The position numbers were made by a program, and so were the translations under genes. 64,000 nucleotides of DNA from Rhina ancylostomus (taxonomy: Eukaryota): positions 14,521,958 to 14,585,957 of the forward strand of contig JARFYF010000046.1 of the NCBI GenBank assembly GCA_030265395.1. The letters are read 5' to 3'. Shown here one piece after another: positions 40,445 through 55,034 of the stretch. Position 1 is the stretch's first letter; every line of letters begins with the position of its first letter. The notes beneath the pieces were generated by a model. The model made no database searches, was not told the DNA's origin, and was given only the letters and a program-made list of their open reading frames with translations.

Positions 40445-40550
40445 CAGAAATATAGAAAACCTACAGCACAATTCAGGCCTTTTGGCCCACAAAGCTGTGC
40501 CAAACATGTCCCTACCTTAGAGACCCATAGCCCTCTATTTTTCTCAGCTC
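40445..40550 (-). mobile_element. CR1/SINE 3' tail fragment
   Basis: agaaatatagaaaacctacagcacaattcaggccttttggcccacaaagctgtgcc. Confidence 0.7.
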
Positions 40551-43317
40551 TATTTTTCCCACTATATCAATCCCATTCGCAGGAATATATTCAAACCAGA
40601 ATTTTTGGTAACAACATCTGCCCCTCCCTCATTTATTTATGCTTTATTCTCATTTTAATAAAAAGAAGCTGATTCTGGGAACATAAGATAGAGCTGCAGA
40701 TGGACCTTGAATTGTGGAAGTTGCATCTCTTCATTCTTTTTCAAGCAAGTAAAGAAATTTCTGATTTCTGCAGGTGGAAAATGTGGACATTGATGTCAAA
40801 ATCACTGATCATCCTATTGTAATCATGGATAAGGGAACCAAAACTCAAGAGAGGGAGTCTGAATTCTGGGTTACAAGGTTAAATATCATAAGGCAATACC
40901 ATGTTGATGATGATATGCTGTAAAGGTGTGTGTATACTCCCTCCTCCTAGTTTGTCCAAAACAAGGGCAAGTTTGATAAACATAAAGATATAGTTCGATC
41001 CATGTGTTGAAACCCCTATAGGGTTTATTCTTAATGCTTGTGTAGACTTTGTGTGGGATAACATACCACAGGATCAACAGTTACTGTCTAATCATGGGAT
41101 ATCAGACTGGAGATTATATATCTTTGCCAGCACATTCTCCTGCAATCTCTAAATGGTCAGCATCATATATTGTGGCCATATGATCAGGCTAAAACTTATA
41201 ATCGAGATTATTTACCAGATATGATTCTGAAGTTGGTCACAAGCACAATATTTGACACTAATAATTAAAATTGTTTTAATAATGGAAAAGTAGCTATTTG
41301 CTACAATTTTCGACTGAGTTTCTAAGGAAAGTTTTGTGCAGGACTGGCCTCAGTTTTAATAGTAAAATTGGTCTGAGCATAAACAATCTCAGCCTTTGGG
41401 ACAGATGGGTTAGGTTAACAATACCTTGAAATTATTTGACTGAAAAGCAGGAGTACTGCACACTGGCAATCAATTCTTAAGCATAAACTAAATCTTACAT
41501 TGGAATTTCAAGTGATATTTCCCATGTNNNNNNNNNNNNNNNNNNNNNNNNNNNNNNNNNNNNNNNNNNNNNNNNATGCAGGTTCTGCCTATCCCCATTT
41601 ATACAGAATTTCAGCAGAACTGTGTTGCTTTGTGGTTATATCTTCCCAAGTCTTTACCAGTATTGCTCTTTAAATGGTCACAATGAAGGAAGTGACAAAG
41701 GCTCAGAGTTGATTAATCCTCCAGCTTCCTTCCTGCCTTGAAAGGGATCTACTGTTCCTTGCAACTCTTTGAGGCACCAGCAGAAACCACACATTCACTT
41801 AATGACACACTTCATTGCTACCACAATCACCATATTTGTAGTTTTTTTTCAAAGAGTGCATTTTAACCAGATTCTGCTCAATTAAGCATTAGCTCAGATT
41901 TTTATTAAAATTACATAAATGCAAACATTCGAAATAATCTCATTTCCCACCACGATTACATTGAAATTTTAATTCCATTTATTCTTGTTCTCTCACTTTT
42001 CTTATCTTCTATTTGGTTTTGAAGCCAAAATGCACTGTAAAAGGGGAACAAAATATGTCTGTCTTATTTCAGAAATTCCAGCCTGCTATGAATTTTTTAT
42101 TTCTGTCCACTATGTGCCAACTAAAACAAAGCAAAACTTGTGGCAATATCTGTGGTTTTGTTTGGCTGACCCAACTGTGTTCAGGAGCAAAAAGTCCTTG
42201 CAGGAAAAATATTGGGGTGGAAACAGTTTAAAGAAAAAATAAATTGAAGGCTTTTTGGAATGGAGACCGTGACATCAGATGGACTCAGATCTACGAGAAG
42301 CTAAGCCAACTAGTATAGGGATGTGTACTTATTCTATTAGATTAGTGAAAAACTTGATCACATTATTTTCCAGATATAACTTGTTATTCCTTAGATCATT
42401 TTCCCTTGTCTGCCTAAATCTGTCGGCAGTGCCACCATTTTAGAAGATCAACTACAAATTGTGCTGTAAACATTTCTGACAATCCAACAATGCATTCAAC
42501 ACAAAAGGCAAGTGATTGTCAGACTGTATAACCTATTGTCATATCCAATGAAAGTGGAAGGAATTTTGAGCTCAATCTTCAAATGGAAAACTCCATATTG
42601 AAAATGAAAGTTCCAACGTGAACTAAATTTTATTTCTTTAGAACATTTGTCTATTTATTTTAAGAATAATCTGGAAATACAGGCCTGGGAATTGGTNNNN
42701 NNNNNNNNNNNNNNNNNNNNNNNNNNNNNNNNNNNNNNNNNNNNNNNNNNNNNNNNNNNNNNNNNNNNNNNNNNNNNNNNNNNNNNNNNNNNNNNNNNNN
42801 NTCTAAGTATAACAAATGCTAAAAATATGATTTCTTCTTCACATTAAATGTCTAAAACTGATATGTTGTGATTGGAGATAATTTTGGAGCACCTTTTGCA
42901 GGAAGGTAGATTAGGAAACGATTTATTAATGTTCATACATTTAAATCATGAGACCGCAGATGCTGTCACATACCTTCCTCCCTCACTGGTATTTAATAAT
43001 AGTAATTCAATGATTAGGTTAGCTGAGACATCAGTAGAACTGCATTGCTTTGTGGTTATATTACCGTTCACTATGCAAAATCCAAAGAATATGTGACAAT
43101 GTTAACTGCCATGAAAGTTTAAACTGACATAATTTACACAATTGTTTAGTTTTAATCCACTTTTGAGGACAAAGGTGTTGACATTACAACAATACAACAA
43201 ATTATAAATTCCACTTTTAAAAAAATTAACTGAAGTACATACTTTTGTTACAACAGGTGGAATTCTGCATCTTGGATAAAATACTATCTGACTGGTATTG
43301 TTACAAAATTGTGCAGC

Positions 43318-43946
43318 ATATTTTGGATGACACATTTTGCAGTAAGTTAATTCTTATGTTTCATGCTATTTTCTCCAGGCTAGGACAAGATTTCAAAGGT
43401 AATAACAAGCCTCGAGACCTTCACTTAAATAGTCTCACATTCACAGAATGTGAGTGCTAGCAAGCCCATTCTCCTTGAAGGCTATTAGAAGAGAACCTGA
43501 TCCTGTTGCCACTGGTATCTCCACATGCATGATTCTGCTGTTGGCACTCGGTAGCGACTGTGCATGCAAGTCCCAGATGATTCTTTTTCTCCCTAGTTCA
43601 GCAGTGATAGCGGTAATCAAAGAGGAATCCCACAAAACTGAGGGATTTAAACTGTGCCTACTGTTGCTCCCCAGTTATTCAAAGAATAGTAAAATTGTTT
43701 TTGCTATAAAATTACTATTGCACCCAATTATATTGGTTTTCCAAGGATTCAGTGGGTCAAAATTGCATTTGAACAGTCCATTTTAATGTTTCCCATCCTG
43801 GCCATGCGGGGATTACTCAATTTTTGGATGACCAGAAATGAGACTGCATTATGTTGTGTAGTCTAGCATGATATCAATCAGTTATTGATTGAAAATTGGG
43901 TGAAACATAAGAATTAACTTACTCCAAAATGTGTCATCCAAAATAT
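43318..43946. repeat. 46-bp inverted repeat pair (43318-43363 / 43901-43946)
   Basis: atattttggatgacacattttgcagtaagttaattcttatgtttca and tgaaacataagaattaacttactccaaaatgtgtcatccaaaatat are reverse complements with one mismatch. Confidence 0.9.
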
Positions 43947-44999
43947 CATTGAACAATCTTGAAGGATAAATAACCTTTACAGCCAATTAATATTCAAATC
44001 AGATTGTTCTTGTAATAGAATAAATCTGATCCTTACAGGTCTCATTAGAATATATTACAATTCATGTTTCATCACCAGTGTATTCAACAAGTAGAGCTGA
44101 TCTTATTACCCACAAAAGTGGACTACTGGTCAAAAGCCTGAAAAGAAGATCAAAGTACCATTGTGACAGTGTTCATCAAGGCCGCTATCTGCTGCCAAAC
44201 TGTAGCAACTGTGCAATGTACAGTAACATACATTTAGCAGAATGCAAATCACGTCATATTGTGCCTCATTTTTCTTAGATTTGAACCAATAATTCCTTTC
44301 ATATTAGCACAAAAGAAGCATTTCTTCATTAGCCATCTCAAGGAACAGATATTAATAGAAATTTGTGTGCAAAATGAAAGGGACAATAGCTGTTTATTCA
44401 TCTCCCACAAAAAGGAATGTTCACATTTCGAGTAGAAAGTGGATTACTCTTTAGCGGTCTCGTCCACATTTCACCAGATAATCAAAAGACAGTATTCCGA
44501 AATGAAAGAAGTCATGGAAATCATTGTCAGGAATTTGCATTTGGATTGAAAACTATTTTGCAATACTCTACATTATTTTGTACTCTGCTCAACAAAACAC
44601 CCACTCAGCCCTGGTCTGAATCGAGTCATGTGCTTGTGATTAGCTCTTTATCAATAATATCCTAATCTTGATGCAAAGGCTAGACATGACTGCATTTCAG
44701 ACAACCTAGAAGCCCCATGAATCCATGTGCTCACTCAGCCTGCTAGTCCCTGCAATAAACAAAAACGATAATGTCTCTCTCCCTTAAGTAAAGCACACCA
44801 TAACATCCACACACTGCAATCAGCAGCAAATCAACTGGCATTGATTACATTGCACTGCCTGCAATGAACAGAGACCAGAAAGTTCACAATAACTTTGACG
44901 TTAACTCTAGGCAAACCAGACCAGTTCAGACAGCCCTAAACTCTGGAAATCTCTCTGTAAGACTCACTGTTGACCTCCCTTTCTCCCATTTATGGAGGA

Positions 45000-45255
45000 A
45001 CAATGGCACAGCAGGTAATGCTACTGCCTTGCTACTCCATCAACCCAGGTTCAATTCTTCTGTCTGTGTGGAGTTACTGGTTGCTATAAGCTACCCCTAC
45101 TGTGTAGGTAGGTGGTAGGCACAATCAGGGTGGAGTCAATGGGCATTTGAGAGAGAATATATTGCAGTTGGGGATATGTGATTGATGGGAATGCTATGAG
45201 AGCTGGCATAGACTCAATGGGCCAAATGTCCTCCTTCAAAGTCATGAGAAAATAT
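45000..45255 (+). mobile_element. HE1-type SINE
   Basis: ggcacagcaggtaatgctactgcct...acccaggttcaatt...tgtctgtgtggagtt...gagctggcatagactcaatgggccaaatg. Confidence 0.8.
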
Positions 45256-46659
45256 GAGACTCAAAATATATGAGAATATGCATCTTGAAACCAAAGGAAG
45301 TACTCCAATATCTCAGAATGTAGCTTGGAGTCAATTTTAGTTTGATAGTGAAACCCTGAGCTGCCTTGAGACAATGAGTCGCACTTTATAAATAAAACTT
45401 ATTATCTTGGTTACATCTGTGGAATGCCAAGTGCACCCAATTTTACCTGAAGACAAAAGATCCCAGTATACAATGCTGCCTGCGACTGAAAGAATCTTCT
45501 TTACACAATTGACAGCAAAACGCGAAGAGACAGAATAAACTTTCATGTTTTCCTCTGGGAGCTCCACTGCAGCTTTTCAGGCTCCTGTTTTTCAAGAATG
45601 TCAAAAAGCAATACAAAGCATAAATTCTTCAACTTTTCCTTTTATTACTTAAAGACAATAAGCCAACCTATCTTCCATGCATTGAGCAAGAGGGCCAAAG
45701 ATAGAGTTAGGAATAAAAATATTCCTTAAGTTTCTGAGAGTTACCATATTCTGGATGCTAAAACCCATTTCACTTTTTGGTTTATTTTGTCTGCAAAATC
45801 CAAAAATGCTCTTCTAAACACTCTCAAGTTCTGGAGAACTGCACACTATTCATATTTAGAGAGAAAATCTGAATAAAACCTGCTTAATTTTGCTAATGCC
45901 AAGTATTGGTACTGAGGCATTTCTAACTCTTCAATGCATTCACTTCCATCCTAAACAGGTGGGCAGTAAATGTGAAAGTTTGCTCTCCTATATTACTCGA
46001 AAAGATTATTTATTCATGCAATTGTGGTTTTTAGGCATGTGTGTATCTAGTTTCATTGGTTAACAAAAACATATTTTCCTGAAACCAATCCAAAAACAAC
46101 TGTACCATCTCTGTAAAGCTCTGCTTCCAAAATCTTTCGGTGGAAATGATTTCTTAGTGTAAGAGCCAAGAGTTTCCACAAGTTCTTGGCCCTATCTGGA
46201 AAAAAATCTTCAAACTAAACAGATGAACCTTAAAGATAAACAATTGTTTTCCACAATATATAAAGCTACAAATATAACTGTGGCATATAACAGAATATTC
46301 TTCATCCTCTGAAACAGATAAATAAAGGGATACAGATTTATCCACTTTTGCAAAGGCAGTCATAAGGAATGCACCTCTGGAACAAATGTTAAAAGCTTCT
46401 TTGCTAATTTCAACAGCAGAAATTCAAACCTTACCCCAGAACTAATTCTCTAGAACCTCATTTGAANNNNNNNNNNGCTCAACGTAAGCATTACAACAAG
46501 ACACCTGCTTGTTGGACAAACAAGAAAGGCTTAAACTCTGATGGTGCTTCAAAAGAAAGGCAAAATCAGAGACTATGCAGAAATGGAGAAATGTTTTACT
46601 CAGATTAATGAAGATACTATCAAAGAATTAGGATGTGAGGAGAATTTTCACGTTATGCT

Positions 46660-46950
46660 ATAACATAGAAAGAGGCTGATCATTTCCTCAAGCCTAGCCG
46701 AATCTCAGATCATTCCTATCAGTCCTATTTTTCCTACTTATTCCCTCTCACATGCCCATCTCCAGCCATCCATCTACACAAGAGACAGTTGACAGTACCC
46801 AGTTAACATACCAATGCATCTTTGGGATTTGGGAAGAAACCAGAGGATTCAGAGGAAACCAATGCAGTCACAGGGAGGAGGTGCAAACTCATCTGGATCA
46901 CTGGAGCTCTGTGGCAGAAGCACTACCTGCTGTGCCAGAATGCCACCCTG
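46660..46950 (-). mobile_element. HE1-type SINE
   Basis: gcatctttgggatttgggaagaaaccagag...gcagtcacagggagg.ggtgcaaactc...tgccaccc. Confidence 0.8.
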
Positions 46951-47084
46951 GAGGATATAGTAAGGTTTTAGTGTGAGGAATTTGAGATTCGAGACCTATA
47001 ATGGTTAAAATTTCTGTCATTGATGGTCAAGTTGAGAGGTAAAACACAAGAGAGTACATAATATCAGAATCCCATACACTAGAG

Positions 47085-47580
47085 TGCAGAAGAGTTGAGG
47101 GTGCAGAAGAGGTTTATCAGGATGCTGCCTGACATAGAGGGCACATACTATAAGGAGAAGTTGGACAAATTGAGATTGCTTTTCCTGGAGTGGTAGAGGC
47201 TGAGGGGAGGCCTGATAGAAGTTTGTAAAATTATGAGAGGCATGGATAGGGTAGACAGCTGGTATCTTTTTCCCAGCGTTGAAATGTCAAATACTAGAGA
47301 GCATGCATTTAAGGTGAGAAGGGGAAGATTCAGAGGATATATGCAGAACAAGTTTTTTAACACAGATAGTGGTGGGTGTCTGGAATGAACTGCCAAAGGT
47401 GGTGGTGGAGACAGATACAATAGAGGCATTTCAGAGGCTCTTGGATAGGTAAATGTATATGCAGAGAATGGAGGGATATGGACGGTGTGCAGGCAGAAGG
47501 GATTAGTGTAATTAGGCATCTTTAATTTAATTAGTTCTGCACGACATTGTGGACCAAATAGCCTGTTCCTGTACTCTTAT
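47085..47580 (+). mobile_element. CR1-type LINE 3' end, well preserved
   Basis: Translates VQKRFIRMLPDIEG.YYKEKLDKL...RLRGGLIEVCKIMRGMDRVD; tail gacattgtggaccaaatagcctgttcctgt. Confidence 0.9.
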
Positions 47581-47594
47581 GTATTTCTGGCAGC

Positions 47595-49700
47595 AAATGT
47601 TGGCCATTCAGCCCATCATATCTGTGCCATCCTAAAAAGGAGATACTTGAGAAAATCCCATTCATGACCTTTAGCCTTGAAGATTACCGCTTTTCCTGTA
47701 CTCTTCCAATGCTTTTTAAGTGTGTTGCAGGCTTCTAGCTCCTTCACTCTCAGACAATGAGATGCAGATCCTCAATGTGCTTTGCATCTATTTTCCTTTC
47801 TTCAATTTTTTTAATCCTTTTACCTATTAACTTAAATCTATTCCCCCAAGCTATTGACTGGCAGAGAATATGTCCTTCCTATTCATTCTTTCTTTGCCTC
47901 TCATAACTCCATACACCTCAATTACATCTTCCCTCAGACTCCTTTGCTCCAAAGAAAGTAACACAAATGTAGCCAGTCTTTCTTCATAACTATAATTTTC
48001 CAATCTTCTGCAGCCTCTTCAATCTTATCATCTGTTTCTTGCAGAGTAGCACCCAGGTAATGCTCCAGCTATGGTCCAACTGGTGTTTTATTACACCCTG
48101 AAAAAATTCACTCAAGTTAGTCAGATGTGACCTTCCCCTGTCTAATTTCATTAACTATCTTTATCTAACTAATGCATCTCCAAGTGTTGATATTTGCTGC
48201 ATCTCAGCTTTTTCCTCAATAATTTGCCCACTGCAGTTTAACATTCGGGCATTTGGTTTGTTGTTAGGCAACCAAACCTTTTCTGCCTTTTTAAGGTACC
48301 ACATCAGTAGCCTTCCAACCCGCTGTCACCACACCAATAACTAAAGAGGATTAAAACACAATATTCAGACCCTGTACTACTTCCACTCTTTCTGCTTTTA
48401 ACAGCCTGGGATGCATTTATGTGGGTGGGCTAATTGATCCACTTCTTACTGGATTTCTTACTCAGTCCTCTTTTTCCATACCTATCACTTCCAATATTCC
48501 ACAATCTTCCTCCTTAATATCAATGTTTAAACCATTTCCCCTCTTTGATTCATCTGGAACAAAACCTAAGCCTTTCACTTCCACACTCAGATCACCATTA
48601 TGGTAACCTCAGGTAATGTCATAGTTTTCTTAATTTTGTCAGACAATAATTTTTCATGCATTCTCTTTACTTTCCTAACTCTCTTTTATGAATTTTATTC
48701 CTTCCCCTTTGGTATTTCTCTGAAGTTCTGCAGTCTTGAGCTCCTGGTGAGCTCCTTGTATTAACCATAGTGTCCATAGGGGTTTAGACTGGAGCCTTCC
48801 CTCTTTTCTATTTTCACTATGATATTTGGACTGAACCCTCTCTGTCTCTGCTGTGAATGTTACCCATTGACTTAGCATTGATCTATCTTCAAGTGACTGT
48901 TTCTGGTCCATTTTTACAAAATAATATTTCAGTTGAGTAAAATTGGCTTTACCCCAACTTCGAATTTTTAGACTGCTCTATTTTTGTCCTTTTCAAAAAT
49001 ATTTTTAAATGTAATTCAGTTAAGATGGTTACCTCAAATACTCTTACTCTGCAATCTGTTCCACTTCCCCAGATCCATTCTCCAAAACTAAATCCATTGC
49101 CATCCCCTCCCTTCTTGGGGTTGATGTATACTGAGTATATGTGCTGTTCTCTTGAATGCTTTTTGTGAACTTGACTCCTGTTATATCTTTTTATCCTGTT
49201 GCTCTCCCAGTTAATGTCAGGAAACAAATATATGAATTAATAACAGGAGTTGCACATTCAGCCCTATGAACCTGCTCCACTTTTGGGATATCCCCTGGTA
49301 CTCTTGCCTTATCAATTTTCCATTTCTCAGTGACATGCTTACATATTTGCTCTCGTCTGCCTCTAACTATCTTGCAGTCAATGAAGCACACCCAGTGATG
49401 TGATTGCCTCATCCTCATTCTTAAACCCATGTGACCTAATTTGTTGATCTTGTTATAATAATTCCCTCAGCTGTAATTATTTGCTAAACCAATATTGCTG
49501 CACAGGCCTCTTTATTTCTCCCTCCCTCTTCTCTACCTCATCCAATAACTGTGTAACCAGGAATGTTGAGCTACCATTCCTGACCATTTTTGAGCCATAT
49601 TTCAGCAATGACTACAACTTTATACCTCCACACATCTCTCTGTCCCTTCAGTTCATTGCCCTTGTTTCTTAGATTTATTGCTTTAAAGAACATATGATCT
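47595..49700 (-). mobile_element. Long, heavily decayed CR1-type LINE
   Basis: 3' tail ggccattcagcccatc at the left end; antisense pieces FPDINW and VVIAEIWL..GQEW..N resemble the CR1 endonuclease region at the right. Confidence 0.65.
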
Positions 49701-51019
49701 AGTCCTTGCCAAGAACTTTGGAAGTGGAGATCTTTGGCACAGAAATAGAAGGGATGCAGACATTGGTTGGAACATCTGCTAACAGGGCTGTAGGCTGTGG
49801 AAGTAGGCAAGAACTGAGGTAATAGATAAGCCTGCTCCATTACAGGACAGTTGGCAGAACTAATGTGCTCGAAGAAATAAATGTTCAAGGAGCTCTAAAA
49901 ATCAGTTTTATTCAAACTGCCACCCATAACTTTAGACTTAGTTTAGGTATTCCAATGGGTGGGGAAAATAACAGAACTAATGATAAATCTGAGAAAGACA
50001 GATACTAAGTACAATGTCATGTATCTCCTGTAGATCAACACAACTTTTATGTATTAGTCCTAATACTCTCTTCCAACTCTGAACATTTTGTGTCAATCAC
50101 AAGTTCTGTATCCTGATTGATTAGAACAGATGTGAACATGAAACATTTGTTGCGAATTAAAGAGATCTGAAACTGAATTTATTCAGTCTAAAAGGAAAAC
50201 ATAACTTCTGATTAACCAGCTGCAAATTCTTAAGTTGGGTTTTCTACCATGATTGGAAGAGAGCTGATATTTGAGGAAGGAAGAATGCATGATGACACCT
50301 TTGACCTGACTTTATATCTAAAATTTGTTAAGGGTTTAATCTTTCAGCTATCCAATTTTCAAAAATTTCTTTGTTTGATATTTGCAATTTTATAAAATGT
50401 TAGATAAATGTAAAAAGATAAAGAAGAAATACAAAACTGCAACCATTGTAAAATTTTACAAGTCTGTCTTCAATGAGAAGTAAAATTTACCAGGGGATAA
50501 AACACATGGTTATTTTGATCCTATCAGCTTCCAAACATGTGGGTTAAGTTAAAATTATTCCTCTATTGTAGCTAGATAGACTTTTAATATTACAGAATAC
50601 TGACTGGGGATTATACATAGCATTGAATACAAATCAATAGAGCTGTGCACAGTTCAAAACAATATCAAGGATTGAAATATCTATGCATACATTTATCATT
50701 TTACACAAAGGCTTTCATGGTAAGTTACAATGATGGTAATTCTGAGTTCAGGCAGACTGGATTAAAAAGACTATTGGTGAAGCTCCTCTTAGTTTAAATT
50801 TCTCTTGAACATTGAACCAAATATACACATGTAGGATCTACGACAATGTATTGTGGAAGCTTTAACTAATTTACATATTATTGAAGGCTCAACAAGATAT
50901 TCCCCTTCAGTTTGATTCAAATCAAGCACCTCATCTAAATGTATTGTAGAAAATGCAATATTCAAGTAAATTAATTCATATATGTAAATTCATGCATTAT
51001 TGCACTTGAAAGATGATTC

Positions 51020-51560
51020 AAGGTATTCAATTTGATAATTTGGACAAGAAGATAATTTCATAAACTAAATGGAACAATTTTAAATGGAGTGCAAGGACAG
51101 AGAAACCTGAGCTATATGGACACAATTTTTTAAGGTGGCAGGACAAATGAGAAGGCTATTCAAATTGAATACAGGAGCCTTGATTTCATAAATAGAAGCA
51201 GGATATAAAGGCAAGGAATTCTTAACATTCACAAAATAATGATTAGGCCCCAACCTTGGTACCAGTGCAATTTATCAAGTAGATAAGGTCTTAGAATTGG
51301 AGCAAAGGAGATTTAATAGAATGGATTAGAATTTAAAAAATCTCTTATTACACCGAGATCCTATGGAAAGTGTGGTCTTTCTTTTTAGAATGGAAAGAAT
51401 ACAGGAAAATCTGAAAGAAGTGTTCAAACTCTTTCAATATTTTAATAAATTCAAAAATAATTATTTTTACTGGCAGATGGGTAAGTAACTAAAGCACACA
51501 CATGTAATGTGAAAGGGAATAAACAGAGGATCATGTAGATTTTTATTTAATTTGATGAAT
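51020..51560 (+). mobile_element. CR1-type LINE fragment, decayed
   Basis: gtgcaaggacagagaaacctgag, ttcataaatagaagc, ttagaattggagcaaaggagatttaatagaatg (LE..QRRF.RM). Confidence 0.65.
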
Positions 51561-53349
51561 CATTATGACTGTGCAATTATTAATCCTTATTGATAATGAT
51601 GATGATGATAATGAATCTGATATTTGTACAAAATGTAACAATGAACTAGATAGCTTATCCAGTCCCCTTGCACTCTAAGTTGCTTCATTCCTAAAGCTTC
51701 CATCTGCAAACAAATCTGCACATCTTTAGTTTTAAGTGGAAGTTCTACATTGAATGATGTGAATGAGGTGAAGGATCGGTAGTGGAATTTTTCGTCAGCT
51801 ACTAAATGTTTGAGTTGAACTATGCCCAGTCCAACTCTTATTCCATCCCTTGCCCTTCCAACTGGCTGTTTTTTCTGATTCAATTTGCTTATTTTCTCTG
51901 AAAACCTAATTCTTCACTATAACTGCAGATCAAGACGCTGAGTTATGAACCCACTGATTTTTTTTATTTTTAATTATAAACACTGTTTCTGAAGATTGGT
52001 TATATTAATGAAATTCATTTTTCCTAATTCCACAGCATACCTAACAGCTTTCATTTTGCTGAAATGATATCAAAACAGCAAATAGTGATGAAGACCCGAA
52101 AATAGGAACTTATCTCTTCTGCTGAAAATGTTTCTTCTTATGCAATTAAGTAGATTCTCCTCTTGGGTTACAGTCAACAATTCCAGCCGAAATTGTGCCC
52201 AAGGTTACACCTATTTAGTAAAGTGTTTCATCCCAAGTTTCCGCTCAAAAGCATTTATTTTTTTTTGTTGAATGCAAAATCTACCACTACAAGCATAATC
52301 AAGCAGAAACTCCATGCCATAATCTGTATGTAAATGATAACTGAAATAAACAAAAAATTGAAAAGATACATATATTAAGTCTTAAACACGTCAACTTAAA
52401 AGGGCAAAGATAAACATATTTTATTTCTTGAGTATTTTTGCATTGATTGATTGGAACTTGAATATTTGAAATTTATATCATAGGGGTGTTGGTTATACAT
52501 ATTACATCTCATCTTTCACTAGAAAGAGTTTCTTGAAACATGCCAAATTGATGTCAGCCAGAACCAGGAAACGAACAAGTGATCCATGAAAAATCTGACT
52601 AGAGAAAAGCCCATCTGCTCCTTATATTTATATCCTTAGTCCCACAGAGACTCTTGTAACATTATTGTGATCTGTTTTCAGTCCTACTGCCAAACATTAT
52701 TTTGTATTCATAAAACTGAACACTTCAACTTAGGGCTTTAGAGAAAACGTCAGAATGTCAAGTCAGTGGAGAGTCTTGGCAATCTAATTAATATTGACAT
52801 TTATGCTTAAGTATTTTGTTGCATTTAACTGCTGGAGCATGTATTTCAATTTTACTTACTCCCAGAAGACTACGCAAAGTTAGTTCTAGTTTGAGAATCT
52901 TCACCAATATGTTAAGTGTAACATTAAATTTTATCATTTTTATTAGAAAACAAAACAGTATATTTGTGAACTTTGCTGCTTTTAAAATCAGTTTGCTCAC
53001 TTGGTTTGTCATGTTGTGGTTTCAAAGATAGAGAAAAAATAACTACTGTAGATAGTACAGATTTCAAGATTATTTCTAAAGTAAGCATTTAATATCCCCA
53101 ATAATACAATATACACATGCAGTATTAAACAGGAAAGACACGAAGTTGAAGCCAGATTTAAATTGCACAGGTAAAGACAGAAATCTTTATTGCCCATATG
53201 TTTATGAATAGTATCTGGAACAGAGACAAATCCTTTCATGTACTTCCTGCATAGTTTTCACTTTCAGCTCAGTTGATGGAATTATTATGACATGGCTCTG
53301 GGTATAAACTGTTTTATACATCATTTGCACAATTAAAACATAGAGAAAA

Positions 53350-53490
53350 GCTTCCATTCTGATGAACCAATTGCTGAATTGAAACATTACCTCTGTTACT
53401 CTTCACAGACATTGCCTGACCTGCTGAGTATTTCCAAGATGCCCTGTTTTTATTTCAGATTTCTAGCATCTGCAGTTTTTTGCTTGTTTG
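53350..53490 (+). mobile_element. PLE pLTR-derived element
   Basis: ttCTGATGAaccaattgctgaattGAAAcatt...tgcctgacctgctgagtatttcc...tttcagatttctagcatctgcag. Confidence 0.75.
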
Positions 53491-53609
53491 TTTTCAACTA
53501 AGTTTATATATTTGGTACTAAGGGTATCATCTTTTAAAATGCATTTATGGAATCTTGAAAAGGTACCATTAATTACCAGTCATTAAATCGCCTTCTTTAA
53601 CTGGTAGAA

Positions 53610-54780
53610 TCCATGCAGTAATGGTGCTACCATAATGCTGTTGGGTAGAGATTTCCAGGAAACTGGATCAGTGATGAGTGAATAGCAATGTATTTCTGAA
53701 ACAGGTAGTGTTTAACTTGCAGCTAGACTTGGAATTGCTGGTAGACCTATGCACCTGCTGCTTCCTCCTTTGAGGGTTTGACCCCTTGTGTTGTGGAGAT
53801 ACTGCCAAACATTTGGCAAAATGCTGCATTGCATCATATAGTTGAACATGACAACCATGGTGCAATAATGGGGTGGGACATGATGGTTAAGGAGATAGGC
53901 AGGGTGCCAAACAAAAGGACTGTTTTGTATTGGATGCATTAAGCATTTATGTAATGGTAGCAATTATCAAAGTATCCCATAACACTCTATACTTCTGTCT
54001 GTAGGTAGAAAAAATCTGGGAAGTCAGGAGGCAAATAGCTTATCACAGAGTAACCAACTTCAGAGTTACTCTTATAGCCAAAGAATTATTCTGCTTAGTA
54101 GTGTTAAGATTCTAGATGATACAGTCTTCCCAAATATTGACAACGAGGAACTTAGTGACAGTGCTACCATTAATTATTAAGGGGAGATAACTAGACTTCC
54201 CCTTTGATGGTGATTATTTTGTGGCAAATACGTCACATGATTATTGCTGTCATTTATCAGTTTATATTTGAATATTAGCCAGAAACTGGTCCATATGGGC
54301 ATGAACTGCTTCATTACTTGTGCAGATTCAAAGAGATATAAGCACTGTGCAATCATCAAGAAAGATCCTGCCTCTGACTTTATGATGGAAGTATGTTCCT
54401 TAATGAAGCAAATGAAAATGGTTTGTCCCAAGAACCTGCCCTAAGATACTCCTGCAGGACTATCTTGTGGTTGAGATAAATTGCCTCCAACAATCACAAC
54501 TTCTTTTTGCTAATTATTATCCCAGACAGTCAAGAGTTTGCCACTTGTTTTCCATTAACTTTAATCTTGCTAGGGCTCCATGATGCTACACATGCACATT
54601 TGCCTCAGCTCTGGAGTTCAGTTCTTCTATTCATGTTTGGACCAGAATTGTAATGATGTCTGGGGCTGATTATACTGGGTAAATCCCAAACTGTGCATCA
54701 GTGAGCAGTTTATTGATGAGTAAGTGCTGCCTTAAAGCAACTGTCAATGACACCTTCCATCATTTTGCTGAGGGATTAAG
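53610..54780 (-). mobile_element. CR1/L2-clade LINE fragment (family of 24520-25620), decayed
   Basis: ttgggtagagatttccaggaa..., gatcctgcctctgactttatgatggaag, gcaactgtcaatgacaccttccatcattttgctga. Confidence 0.65.
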
Positions 54781-55034
54781 AACAGACTGACATCTACCCA
54801 TCAACATCTGATCATTGATGCTTGATTTGAGTTCCACCAGGAGCATTTTGTTCAAACCTCATTGATGTTTTTTTCACATCATGTCAGCTAGAATATGTAA
54901 TCTTGACAACATGTTAGCAGTGTTGGCCTGCAAAATTTCAGTGTAATTAGGAAGCATTTTGTTACACTGCATTTCAGCCAATTACAAGGAGATGACAGAA
55001 CTCTGGACATATGCACATGCAAAGTTATCAGTCA

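Noticed and set aside
47148-47519. 123-aa ORF, and similar ORFs at 15213, 24694 and 37950
   Set aside because: Readings through CR1, LINE or Penelope fragments, mostly antisense; not host genes
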